Counted from the first letter of the whole stretch, positions 9,432 to 19,306 are shown. The stretch: 63,911 nt of DNA, filler included, from Nitrospirae bacterium CG2_30_53_67 (GCA_001873285.1; 6 parts of 6 records of this genome joined end to end with filler, not necessarily neighbours in it); one strand, 5' to 3'. Made by a program: numbers and translations. Notes: generated from the sequence alone by a model not told the origin.

Positions 9432-11786
9432 TTACACCTTGACGATACGTACCTTCGTATCCATCCAGCATTGGCCTCCGCCGAGCGGATCGCTTAATAT
9501 AGGGATGATCGGTTTGGGGTGGACGCCGTTTCCTCTGTCCCTCTCTTCTTCGGACCAGAATCCGCCTTTCTCCTTGCCCCACCAGAGGAGGCGGGTATTC
9601 GGGTCCTGGCTCTTGAAGGCCTCGGCCTGGGCAATGCGTCCAAACCCCCAATGGCCGCAACTGTCTCCGACGGCAATGACTTTCGGATGGATCCCCTCAA
9701 CCACGCGGACGCTGCTCACCATTTCTCCGGCTTTGGAGATCACTTTGACCCGGTCATAGTTCTTGAGATCCAATTTTCTTGCTGTCATGGAGTTGATGTA
9801 AACGGGATTGTCATGAACGATTTCAGAAAGCCACATGCAGTTGGCCGTCCGGTCGTGGGTGTGCACCATCCATTGATGAATGACCATATAGAGTTCACCT
9901 TCTTTAATGGTCTGATGAATCGGGATTGGGTCATAGATGGGAAGGGGGTTGAAACCCTGTTCCTCCATCCTTTTTGAATAAATCTCAATCTTACCGGACG
10001 GCGTATTGAACCCTTTCTCCTTGAACACTTCATACTGCGGTTTTACGGTACTGTCGTAGAATACCCCGTTCTTTTCCAGGTATTCCAGCCCTCCGGCTTC
10101 CACAAGAGGTTGGATTGCGGAGATCCTCTCTTGGAGGTATGCTTCAGTATCAAACTTGAAGTATTTCTCCATCCCTCCCCCGATCCGGCGCGCCATCTCG
10201 ATCAGGATCCCGGTGATGGGCACGGATTCTCCAAGCGGGGGAATCATCGGCTGTCGAAGCGAGATGAAAGGGACCATTTCGAAGGCCGGGGGCGCCTCCA
10301 GTTCCATCCGCTCTATGTAAGTCGCTGCGGGCAGAATCAAATCCGCAAGGGCCGCAGACTCGGTCATGAAGGAATCAATGCAGACATAGTACGGGATCAG
10401 ATCCTCGTCCTTGAGGATCAGCTCCATCATCTTCCCTTCGGGGTTGGAATAGACCGGATTGTGCTGGTAGGTCATATAGATTTTTATGCGTTGTCGTCCT
10501 TCTTTGATCATCGGGAGTACCCTGTGATGCAGTTCAGTCATGGCAAGAGGGTAATTGGATAATCCGTTCAGCTTGCTCTTCATTCTGGGGACGGGCGGGG
10601 CCGGTTCGGGTTCCTTGAAGGTATAAAATTTCGGAAGGCAGTACCCTCCCTTGATGTCCACGTTGCCGGTGATGATATTCAGCAGGGCCACGCACCTTTC
10701 AGAGTAGACGCCGTTCCAGTGTTTGGTCACCCCTCCGGTGGAAATCGTGGTGGACGGTTTTGATGAGGCGAACTCCTTTGCGATACGGCGGATTTCCTTG
10801 GCCGGCACGCCGCTGATTTTTTCGGCAAGCTCAGGAGTGTAATCCTTCAGGTGCTGCTTGAGCGCATCCGGAGAATAGTTGGTCCACGTGTTGATAAAGG
10901 AGCGGTCCTCCATCCCTTCTTCCATGATGACGTGGCACATGGCCAGGGCCACCAGACCGTCCGTTCCGGGAATGATCGGGTGCCATTCGTCGCTCCTGCC
11001 GGAGGTCTGGGAGACACGCACGTCGAAAGTGACCATTTTGGCTTTGGGGCGGAGAAGGTCGGCGCTGAATCGGCGGATGGAGCGGGCCTCCACCATCCTC
11101 TGTACAAAGCTGGTCCTCAGGTAATGGGCTTCAAAGGGATTGGAGCCGAAGATCAGCATATATTCCGAGTTGGCCACGTCCGGTATTTCAAAATCGGCGC
11201 CCCAGGTCAGTTGCTGTGCCAACTGTTTGTTGGGCCCGCCTAAGGGATGATTCACGAAGGCGTTGGGTGAACCGAAGGCATGGACGAAGCGCCGGGTGAA
11301 ATCTTGCGTGGTGATGTCCCGGTCGCTTTGAAATACGAATTCTTCCTGATGTCCGGAAGCCATGACCGGTTTCATACGGTCGGCGACTTCATGGTATGCC
11401 TCTTCCCAGGTGATCCTCTGCCATTTTCCTTCCCCCCTCGGACCCACCCGTTTCATGGGATAGAGGATCCGGTCCGGGTCATAGACCAGATTGAGGCCTG
11501 CCTGTCCCTTGGCGCACATCCTGCCTCGGCTGTTGGGGTGTTCCGGATTGGGGCCGATTTTAATCAGAGTTCCGTAGGCATTGAAGCCGTAATTCCCGCA
11601 GCGGGCGTAGCAGTTCAGGCAGGTGCTCGGAATGGGCTTCAAATGCTTTCCCGTGGTCCTCGAGACCTCAGACCCTCCCATGATCAGCTCCATGGCATCG
11701 GATTGGGTTTGAAGGAGCTTGTTCACACCAAGGGATGCGGCCCCGACGGCGCCGAGTTGCAGAAAGGTTCGCCTGCTGAATTTCAT
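9432..11786 (-). CDS. Tat-exported DMSO-reductase-family molybdopterin oxidoreductase, catalytic subunit (PsrA/ArrA-like clade)
   Basis: SRRTFL Tat signal; CLNCYARC...MCAKG FS0 cluster; PDRILYPMKR, PGTDG, FNTPSGKIE. Confidence 0.93.
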   Translation of the reverse strand: MKFSRRTFLQLGAVGAASLGVNKLLQTQSDAMELIMGGSEVSRTTGKHLKPIPSTCLNCYARCGNYGFNAYGTLIKIGPNPEHPNSRGRMCAKGQAGLNLVYDPDRILYPMKRVGPRGEGKWQRITWEEAYHEVADRMKPVMASGHQEEFVFQSDRDITTQDFTRRFVHAFGSPNAFVNHPLGGPNKQLAQQLTWGADFEIPDVANSEYMLIFGSNPFEAHYLRTSFVQRMVEARSIRRFSADLLRPKAKMVTFDVRVSQTSGRSDEWHPIIPGTDGLVALAMCHVIMEEGMEDRSFINTWTNYSPDALKQHLKDYTPELAEKISGVPAKEIRRIAKEFASSKPSTTISTGGVTKHWNGVYSERCVALLNIITGNVDIKGGYCLPKFYTFKEPEPAPPVPRMKSKLNGLSNYPLAMTELHHRVLPMIKEGRQRIKIYMTYQHNPVYSNPEGKMMELILKDEDLIPYYVCIDSFMTESAALADLILPAATYIERMELEAPPAFEMVPFISLRQPMIPPLGESVPITGILIEMARRIGGGMEKYFKFDTEAYLQERISAIQPLVEAGGLEYLEKNGVFYDSTVKPQYEVFKEKGFNTPSGKIEIYSKRMEEQGFNPLPIYDPIPIHQTIKEGELYMVIHQWMVHTHDRTANCMWLSEIVHDNPVYINSMTARKLDLKNYDRVKVISKAGEMVSSVRVVEGIHPKVIAVGDSCGHWGFGRIAQAEAFKSQDPNTRLLWWGKEKGGFWSEEERDRGNGVHPKPIIPILSDPLGGGQCWMDTKVRIVKV

Positions 11787-11851
11787 TTCTTCCTCCTAAT
11801 CCGGACAAGCCGGAACCAGATTCGCCGACAAGACACGAAGAAATTGATTGA

Positions 11852-12787
11852 TCAATGGAGCGGGACGCTTTGTCCGCCGACGACCACGGAATAACGCATG
11901 GCATAGATTCCGATCATGACCAGTACCGAGGCGATAGTCAGACCCTTGAGACTGTTTGCCGTTTTCGGATAAAAGACCATGAAGAGCGGGATGACGCTCC
12001 CGGCCAGGATCTCGATCCCCAGGAAATCCAGGGAATACCGTCCCCATAACAGGAGTTCGGCCGCGTGCCAGGCCTCTTTGCTGGAAGTGAGGAGGACCAG
12101 CACGGCATTCAAAATCAGGAAGAGGTCGAAGATGATGGTCCCGCCGAGGAACTTGCCCAGTCCATAGATCAGTTTGCGGTCGGCCTCAACCTCATCCTCT
12201 GTTTTTCCTTTAGAGAAATAGACATTGCGTATAATGGCCGCCAGGATCATCAGGGCGATACCGGAGACCATGGCCGAGACGATAAAGAGGGTCGGCATCA
12301 GGGCGGTGTTCCAGAGCGCCCGGCCTTTGCCGAGGGCGATGATAAAACCGGTATACCCGTGAACCGAGATGGCCAGAGGAATCCCTATAATAGCAAAAAC
12401 CTTGGACATCTTGATGTTCCCGGTATAGACGAAAAAGGCGTAAATGATCGCCGAGATGGGATAAGCGGTCAGGAGCATCACACCGTAGGTGATGGGAGAT
12501 TTCGGATTGATGTAACCTGGGAGATAGGTCATCAGGTGCCAGGCGCGAAGCGGCTGGGCCATTTCAACCAAAAGGTTCATGGGGGCGAGGATCAGACAAA
12601 GCGGCGCGACCACGGCTCCGATCTTTCCAAGGGGTTTATATTCGGTTTTCCCCCCAAGAATGGCGATGACCGATACCACGAAGGATCCGGCGCTGAGCCC
12701 CGTGAGATAAAAGTACTGGGCGAGAAGGATCCCCAGTGGGATCTGGTGGGGAGAGTTATAGAGCAGATTGACATTGCTGGGATCCAT
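11852..12787 (-). CDS. NrfD/PsrC-family membrane anchor (quinol-interacting subunit)
   Basis: YFYLTGLSAG, SPITYG, HGYTG; multiple TM helices; RYSVVVGGQ C-terminus. Confidence 0.9.
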   Translation of the reverse strand: MDPSNVNLLYNSPHQIPLGILLAQYFYLTGLSAGSFVVSVIAILGGKTEYKPLGKIGAVVAPLCLILAPMNLLVEMAQPLRAWHLMTYLPGYINPKSPITYGVMLLTAYPISAIIYAFFVYTGNIKMSKVFAIIGIPLAISVHGYTGFIIALGKGRALWNTALMPTLFIVSAMVSGIALMILAAIIRNVYFSKGKTEDEVEADRKLIYGLGKFLGGTIIFDLFLILNAVLVLLTSSKEAWHAAELLLWGRYSLDFLGIEILAGSVIPLFMVFYPKTANSLKGLTIASVLVMIGIYAMRYSVVVGGQSVPLH

Positions 12788-12813
12788 GGGTTATTCCTCC
12801 GTCGCTTCATTCA

Positions 12814-12883
12814 TCAATAAGGTTCTTCAAAATGGATAAAGTTAATATCTACCCCGCTCGTCGAGTCCATGGCATCATAATCG
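12814..12883 (-). CDS. 3' end of an upstream gene, possibly the 4Fe-4S (NrfC/PsrB-like) subunit; cut by the gap
   Basis: Open frame DYDAMDSTSGVDINFIHFEEPY* just before the NrfD RBS; identity inferred from operon position only. Confidence 0.3.
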
Positions 12884-12983
12884 NNNNNNNNNNNNNNNNN
12901 NNNNNNNNNNNNNNNNNNNNNNNNNNNTTAATTAATTAANNNNNNNNNNNNNNNNNNNNNNNNNNNNNNNNNNNNNNNNNNNN
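12884..12983. other. Artificial contig linker
   Basis: N-run, TTAATTAATTAA, N-run. Confidence 0.98.
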
Positions 12984-13103
12984 AATGTATTTCTTACGTT
13001 TCATTTTCCTGAAGCGCTTTCAAACCTGCTCACATCAGAGCACAAAGACCCGATCACAGGGACCCCGGAATACAAGTCGTGTGCGGTTAAAATAGAGAAG
13101 TAA
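12984..13103 (+). CDS. C-terminal fragment of a formate dehydrogenase alpha-like molybdoenzyme (5' end lost in the gap)
   Basis: NVFLTFHFPEALSNLLTSEHKDPITGTPEYKSCAVKIEK*, matching the FdhF-type end F.FHF....N.LT....DP....PEYK.CAV. Confidence 0.8.
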   Translation, partial: NVFLTFHFPEALSNLLTSEHKDPITGTPEYKSCAVKIEK

Positions 13104-13152
13104 CAGAGATAGCGCCTCAGTACATGAGTTTTGCAGTTTCATGGAAGTGCCT

Positions 13153-13290
13153 GGGGTCAGACTTAGATAATTTGATATTTAAACTGATCCCCTCACCGAA
13201 TCACCTTGGCAATTCTTTCAATTTCCGCTGTTAAAAAGGGAGAGATACTATCTTCATCGGATCAATATCAAATTATCTAAGTCTGACCCC
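13153..13290. mobile_element. MITE/REP-like element, family B, copy 1 (138 bp)
   Basis: Perfect 27-bp terminal inverted repeat GGGGTCAGACTTAGATAATTTGATATT ... AATATCAAATTATCTAAGTCTGACCCC. Confidence 0.8.
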
Positions 13291-13338
13291 ATCTTCTTCT
13301 TGTTGCCGAAACAGGGGCATCAGGAGTATCATAAAAAG

Positions 13339-14559
13339 ATGAAGGTCATCACGTCAGAAATCCTGTTGATCAAAGCCTTGACGACTCTTCTCAAGCGGGA
13401 CGGCCGCTTCAGGATCCTCTTTAACGGACGGCGCCAGACCAAGGAGATCTGCATCGGCCGGAACCATATCCTGTTCGCCACATCCAACCTCCTGAAAGAT
13501 AAACTCACGGAGATCCTGTTCAAGGCGGGGAAGCTGACCCGGGAACAGTACATGCTGGCCACGGAACTCAGTATCGTGACTAAAAAAAGAACCGGTGATA
13601 TATTGATCCATGAAGGATTTCTCTCCAAGAAGGACGTGGAAAAGGGACTCCGGGACCAGGCGATCATGATCATCTGCAGCCTTTTTGAACATCCGGACTG
13701 GAAGATGAATGTCTCGGAATTCACGCCGGACAGATCCATGGAGACAACCCCGAAGCTTTCACTGTTCGATGCCCTGATCACAGGGATCCGGAGCGTGGAC
13801 AATCTCTCGGTTCTCTATGAGGCCCTTCCTCGGAAGGAGGAGATCCTCGAGATCTCTCCGGGGTATGAAGCCCTGGCCGACAGGATCCGGATGACTCAGG
13901 ACGAAAGCCTTCTATTCTCTCTCGCCGACGGCCGGCGGACACTCCAGGAAATCTATCAAGAGTCGAAGATGTGGGAGTACCGCTTCTACAAAACTCTTTA
14001 TCCTCTACTGGCCCTCAAGATCCTCAAGGCACAGAACAAACCTTTTGAACTCTCTCTGATTGAAGAAGCCGCCGTCACAGCGGCTTCAGATGCCGGAGAT
14101 CCTGAAGAGTCCAAGGTTCAGACTCCATCTGCGGGGTCTCCATCAACCCCCGTCACTTTCGAGAATCAGATGGAAGAGGCCAAATTCCTGATCTCCACGG
14201 AACAGTACAGCGCTGCGGCCAACAAGCTCAGAAGCCTGATCGGCACGGACAGCAGGAAGCCGGCTTACTACTATTATCTTGGACTTGCCCTGGACCACAT
14301 CCCAGGACAAAACAAGGAGGCGGAAAAAATGCTCAAGATGGCCATCCGTCTGGAGAATTACAACCCAAGGTATTACCTCGCCCTTGGCTATCTCTATCTG
14401 AATCGTAATATGACGCGGCAGGCAAGGGAGCAGTTTATGACGGCCTTCAAGTGGGACCCCCAAGACCCGTATGTCCAGGAAGCCATCGAATACTTGAACC
14501 GGATTGAAAAAAAAGGGGCCGGATTCCTGACCGAAAGATTTTTCCGCAAGAAAGCATAA
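13339..14559 (+). CDS. DUF4388 (PatA_N-like) domain protein with C-terminal TPR repeats
   Basis: ILFATSN..DKLTEIL, degenerate MshEN-like repeat, LADGRRTLQEI, TPR helices at the C-terminus. Confidence 0.7.
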   Translation: MKVITSEILLIKALTTLLKRDGRFRILFNGRRQTKEICIGRNHILFATSNLLKDKLTEILFKAGKLTREQYMLATELSIVTKKRTGDILIHEGFLSKKDVEKGLRDQAIMIICSLFEHPDWKMNVSEFTPDRSMETTPKLSLFDALITGIRSVDNLSVLYEALPRKEEILEISPGYEALADRIRMTQDESLLFSLADGRRTLQEIYQESKMWEYRFYKTLYPLLALKILKAQNKPFELSLIEEAAVTAASDAGDPEESKVQTPSAGSPSTPVTFENQMEEAKFLISTEQYSAAANKLRSLIGTDSRKPAYYYYLGLALDHIPGQNKEAEKMLKMAIRLENYNPRYYLALGYLYLNRNMTRQAREQFMTAFKWDPQDPYVQEAIEYLNRIEKKGAGFLTERFFRKKA

Positions 14560-14662
14560 CATTCAAAGGGAATCTTTCTGCAACCTTGGAGACATTTTTT
14601 CTATCTTGGGATTGGATTCAATGACCCATGTCTGACCGTGTCGTTAAAAAGATGATGTAACG

Positions 14663-16591
14663 ATGAATAACCGCCTCCTCCGGGAACAAGTCGCCCAACT
14701 TGACCAGCACGCCCCCCTGGGACTGATCGGGACTGCGATCAACGCGCTGATCCTGGTCTGGATTCTGAGAAACCAGGCGCCCCAGACCCATCTTATGGCA
14801 TGGCTCGCGGCCGTACTCCTGGTGACCCTCCTGAGGCTCCCCCTTCTTTACCGAAAAATTCCTCTTTTTTCAGGTCCGGATTCGACACGCCGTCTGGCCG
14901 TATTCCTGATCTCGGGCGCCGGCCTGTCCGGCGCGGCCTGGGGCTCGGCCTCCCTGATTATTTTCCCGACGGATTCCATCGTCCACCAGACCTTCATGGC
15001 GTTCGTGGTCGGTGGTATGGTGGCCGGGGCCGCAGGCCTCTACTCGGTGATGATGACGGCCTTTCTGGCATTCAGCCTCCCGGTGCTGATCCCGCTGATT
15101 TTCCGTTTTTTAGCGGCAGGAGACGAGATCCACGTCGCCATGGGAGGCATGACATTTCTCTTTGCCGTACTCATGACATTCACCGCGAAACGGATCCATG
15201 CCACGACAATCAACAATATCTCTCTCCAATTTGAGAAGGGAGATCTGATCGTCCACCTGACTGAGGCCAAGGAGGAGACGGAGATCATCAACCGGGAATT
15301 GGCGTCCGAAATCCTTGAACGAAAGCGCGTCGAAGAAAACTTAAAACGACACAAGGAACAGCTTGAAGAAAAAGTTGCGGAGCGGACCCGGGAACTCAGC
15401 TTCACCAACCAAAGGCTTCAGCAGGAAATAGACGAGCGCACCCGGCTCGAAAACGAGCTGCTGCAGGCGGAAAAACTAAAATCCCTCGGCCTGCTGGCCG
15501 GCGGGATCGCCCATGACTTCAACAATTTACTGACCGGGATCCTCGGCAACATCTCTCTGGCAAAGATGGAGACCCCGGCAGGGGAGCGCCTTCATGATAC
15601 GCTGACGGAGTCGGAAAAGGCGGCCGTCAGGGCCAAGGCCCTGACACAGCAGCTCCTCACCTTCTCCACGGGCGGCGCTCCGGTGAAAAAGCGTATGTTT
15701 CCGGCGGATCTGATCCGGGATACGGCAACGTTCGCATTGAGTGGATCCAATGTTCGGTGCCGATTCGATCTGGCCTCGGATCTTTGGCCGTTGGATGCCG
15801 ACGAGGGACAGATCAGTCAGGTGATCAACAATCTGGTCATCAACGCCCACCAGGCCATGCCCAACGGCGGGACCATCCGGATCTCAGCTGAGAATCTCCA
15901 GGACGGCGCCGACAAACCGGTCACCCTGGAACAAGGAAATTATATACGAATAACCGTTCAGGACCAGGGCTGCGGCATTCCTGAAGAACATCTCTCCCGG
16001 ATATTTGACCCTTACTTCACAACCAAGCAAACCGGGAGCGGGTTGGGCCTGGCCACTTGCTATTCCATTATCCGAAAACATGGCGGCTGCATCACAGCCG
16101 AGTCCAAACTAAGAGCGGGCGCCACCTTCCGGATCTACCTTCCTGCATCCTCGGCGCCGGTTGCCAAGGCCAGGGAGCCGGAACATGTCCTGCCGGCGGC
16201 CGGGGGAAGGATCCTGGTCATGGATGATGAAGAGATGATAAGAAAGACGATTTGTGCCATGCTCATCCGGCTTGGTTTTTCCGTAGAGAGTGTCCATGAC
16301 GGCGCCGAGGCCATCGCGGTCTACCAGGCCGCCCGGGAGGCCGGATCGCCGTTTCAGGCCGCGATCATGGACCTGACCGTACCCGGAGGCATGGGCGGCA
16401 AAGAGGCGGCATCGCTTCTTCTTCAGATGGACCCAGAGGCCAGGATCATTATATCCAGCGGCTACTCCAATGACCCCGTTATGGCGGACTATCGAGACCA
16501 CGGCATCTCCGGCGTCATGATGAAGCCCTACACAACTCAAGAACTCGGCGCCATCCTGAACAATATTCTGGGGGAAAGGGGCAAACATTGA
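14663..16591 (+). CDS. Membrane hybrid sensor histidine kinase / response regulator
   Basis: N-terminal TM helices, GGIAHDFNNLL H-box, FDPYFTTK, GSGLGLA, C-terminal REC domain. Confidence 0.93.
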   Translation: MNNRLLREQVAQLDQHAPLGLIGTAINALILVWILRNQAPQTHLMAWLAAVLLVTLLRLPLLYRKIPLFSGPDSTRRLAVFLISGAGLSGAAWGSASLIIFPTDSIVHQTFMAFVVGGMVAGAAGLYSVMMTAFLAFSLPVLIPLIFRFLAAGDEIHVAMGGMTFLFAVLMTFTAKRIHATTINNISLQFEKGDLIVHLTEAKEETEIINRELASEILERKRVEENLKRHKEQLEEKVAERTRELSFTNQRLQQEIDERTRLENELLQAEKLKSLGLLAGGIAHDFNNLLTGILGNISLAKMETPAGERLHDTLTESEKAAVRAKALTQQLLTFSTGGAPVKKRMFPADLIRDTATFALSGSNVRCRFDLASDLWPLDADEGQISQVINNLVINAHQAMPNGGTIRISAENLQDGADKPVTLEQGNYIRITVQDQGCGIPEEHLSRIFDPYFTTKQTGSGLGLATCYSIIRKHGGCITAESKLRAGATFRIYLPASSAPVAKAREPEHVLPAAGGRILVMDDEEMIRKTICAMLIRLGFSVESVHDGAEAIAVYQAAREAGSPFQAAIMDLTVPGGMGGKEAASLLLQMDPEARIIISSGYSNDPVMADYRDHGISGVMMKPYTTQELGAILNNILGERGKH

Positions 16592-16714
16592 TAATTTGAT
16601 ATTGATCCGATGAAGATAGTATCTCTCCCTTTTTAACAGCGGAAATTGAAAGAATTGCCAAGGCGATTCGGTGAGGGGATCAGTTTAAATATCAAATTAT
16701 CTAAGTCTGACCCC
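16590..16714. mobile_element. Family B copy 2, interior inverted relative to copy 1, left end truncated
   Basis: Near-identical reverse complement of 13153-13277 (one mismatch seen). Confidence 0.8.
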
Positions 16715-16726
16715 ATCTTTTCGCGG

Positions 16727-17788
16727 CTATTTCGCCCCCAGCACGTAACCCGCGAACAAGAATGCATACGCGAAGAGGATAAAAGTCAATACAAAGCCCG
16801 CCGCAATAGGGGCAAGGTCTCTCTTATGGAATTGTTTGAAATCGACCGCCGCTCCGATCCCAACGAAACAGAATGAGAAGAACCACTGATACAGGTGTGT
16901 GGTCGTCTTGACCATTTCCGGGGTGAATAAACCAAAACTTGCCAAGGCGGAGAGGACCAGCAGTCCCAGCACAAACTTGGGAAATTTGGACCACAGGATT
17001 CCAAGCCTCACCTTTTCGCCGACGGGCAACCCCTTTTTGGTATAGTAGTAAACGAGCGCCAGGATAAGAACAGGCATCAGGGCGTTTCTCGCCGACTTGG
17101 TTATGGTCGCCACATTTCCGGCCATATCACTGTAGGCAAAACCTGTGGCAATACACTGGGCGGTATTCGACGGCGTCGTGCCGGAAAGGTACCCTACAAA
17201 CACATCATTCCAGCCAAAGTAGTGGCCCAGCAGGGGAATGCCGAAAAGACACATGACGTCCGTCAGGAGCGAAGCTCCGATCGCTATGATCAACTCTTTA
17301 TCGGTTGCCTTGATGGCCGGCGCTGTCGCGATAATAGCGGATACCCCGCAAACACCGATGCCGGTGCCGATTAGATGACCCAATCTGTGTCCCATTTGAT
17401 ATTTATTGGAAATATAACCGGCGCCAAGGACCATCATGGTAATGGAGATAGACACCATGACAAGCGCGCCGCTTCCCACCTTGAAGATTTGTACAAGATT
17501 CAGTTTGGCTCCTATGAGAACAACGCCGATGTAGAGAAAGACCTTTGTGCTGAAATTGATTCCCTCCTGAAAAACATCACCCATCTTGAAGATGTTTTTC
17601 GTCAGCATGCCGAGAATGATGGCGATAAAGACATAATTTAAAGGGATGTTTTTCCCCCAGTGGGCATAGGCCGCTTTCTCGAGATACCAGGACAAGACGC
17701 CCAGACCCATACAATAAATTAAGCCGGGCATTAAGGCCTTGAGATAGCTTGACCCATTCTTATACTTTTCAGGCGGGATTTTCGCCAT
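16727..17788 (-). CDS. YeiH-like putative sulfate exporter family transporter
   Basis: GIGVCGVSAIIA, TITKSARN and KFPKFVLG motifs; highly hydrophobic. Confidence 0.85.
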   Translation of the reverse strand: MAKIPPEKYKNGSSYLKALMPGLIYCMGLGVLSWYLEKAAYAHWGKNIPLNYVFIAIILGMLTKNIFKMGDVFQEGINFSTKVFLYIGVVLIGAKLNLVQIFKVGSGALVMVSISITMMVLGAGYISNKYQMGHRLGHLIGTGIGVCGVSAIIATAPAIKATDKELIIAIGASLLTDVMCLFGIPLLGHYFGWNDVFVGYLSGTTPSNTAQCIATGFAYSDMAGNVATITKSARNALMPVLILALVYYYTKKGLPVGEKVRLGILWSKFPKFVLGLLVLSALASFGLFTPEMVKTTTHLYQWFFSFCFVGIGAAVDFKQFHKRDLAPIAAGFVLTFILFAYAFLFAGYVLGAK

Positions 17789-17821
17789 GGCAATCTATCT
17801 CCTGCTTCTGAAGCGGCTCCC

Positions 17822-17947
17822 TTACCAAGGGATATGTTTTATAATCCCTGCAATGACCAGCAAGCCCAGGATAATGCCCACATAAAAAGAAAACCAATCT
17901 TCTTCAATCCTGAATTTCTTAGGCTCCTGTTCTTTCTCCATGATCAT
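17822..17947 (-). CDS. Small single-TM peptide (about 40 aa) upstream of the YeiH-like gene
   Basis: MIMEKEQEPKKFRIEEDWFSFYVGIILGLLVIAGIIKHIPW; GAGGG RBS upstream; EDW motif then a TM helix. Confidence 0.6.
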   Translation of the reverse strand: MIMEKEQEPKKFRIEEDWFSFYVGIILGLLVIAGIIKHIPW

Positions 17948-18199
17948 GCCCTCTAAAATGTTCAATTTTTTCGTGGTATTATAAATAATCGTCTTGAGGC
18001 TGTCAAACAAAATATATATAGCGATAACCTCTTGCAAAGGACCTGCAGAATATGGTATGAATTCCGTTGTAAGCATATCCCGGCATGAGCGGATTTCTTA
18101 CGGGATAGATGGATTCCCATATCAACGAGATTCCAACGGGACCGGGAATCCTCTATGATAAGGTAGATGCGAAGAGAGGCGGGAAGGAGCAGTCAAGGC

Positions 18200-19298
18200 A
18201 TGATTGACGAGTTCAGGCAAGAAATCAAGGAAATCACCAGGAATTATCACCTCCTTCGGAGTCATCTTTGACCTTACAGAAAACAGAAACCGTCTGGAAG
18301 AGATCGAAAAACGGATCACGGATCCGAATTTATGGCAGGATCCCCAGTCCGCGCAGAAAATACTGAAAGAACGGACCGCCCTTCAGAATCAGATCAGCGA
18401 ATGGGAAAACCTGGCCCAGTCTTATGAAGACCTGGAAGCCCTCGTTGAATTATCCGATACGGAAAAAGACGAGTCCCTTTACCCGGAAATCCGCCAGACG
18501 ATTGATGGCTTCAGAGAGAATTTCAACCGCCTGGAACTCAAGACCATGCTGGGCGAGGAGAACGACCCGAACAACGCGATCGTCAACATCCATTCGGGCG
18601 CCGGGGGGACTGAATCCCAGGACTGGGCGCAGATGCTCCTGCGGATGTACCAGCGCTGGGCTGAAAACAAACGCTTCAAAACGACCGTGCTGGACCTGAT
18701 GTACGGCGAAGAGGCCGGGATCAAGAACGTCACCTTTATTGTGGAGGGCGCCTATGCCTACGGCCTGCTTAAGGCCGAAGACGGCGTACACCGTCTGGTC
18801 CGTATCTCCCCGTTTGATGCCGGAAAACGGCGGCATACCTCTTTTGCCTCGGTTCTGGTCAGCCCGGAATTGGATGAAAAGGTCGAAGTGCCGATCCGTG
18901 AGGAAGACCTCAGGATCGATACCTTTCGGTCGAGCGGCGCCGGAGGCCAGCATGTCAATGTCACCGACTCAGCCGTGCGCATCACCCACATCCCTACGGG
19001 GATCGTGGTTCAATGCCAGAACGAGCGATCCCAGTATAAGAACAAGGCCTCGGCCATGAAGGTCATGAAAGCCAGGATATACGAACTCGAGAAGAAAAAA
19101 GAGCAGGAGCGGCTGGAAGAGATGATGGGAGAAAGAAAGGAGATCGGTTGGGGGAGCCAGATCCGGTCGTATGTGCTTCAGCCGTACCAACTGGTCAAAG
19201 ACCTTCGGACCAAATTGGAGACGGGAAATGTGGAAGGGGTGCTCAACGGGGATATCGATGAGTTCATCAATGCCTTCCTGCTGAAAAAAAAGAAGTAA
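18200..19298 (+). CDS. prfB: Peptide chain release factor 2 (programmed +1 frameshift)
   Basis: ATG 18200 [23 protein letters not shown] then CTT-TGA-C; the +1 frame contains SPF and GGQ. Confidence 0.95.
18257..18272 (+). promoter_or_regulatory. prfB +1 frameshift site (internal SD-like CGGAGT, then CTTTGAC)
   Basis: CTT 18266-18268 and TGA 18269-18271 are in frame with ATG 18200. Confidence 0.9.
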
Positions 19299-19306
19299 GG
19301 GAGACG

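Noticed and set aside
16646..16876. 76-aa plus-strand ORF
   Set aside because: It starts inside the family B repeat and overlaps the transporter gene antisense.
18204..18270. ORF-track start for RF2 (MTSSGKK...)
   Set aside because: This is the wrong frame upstream of the slip site; the true start is 18200.
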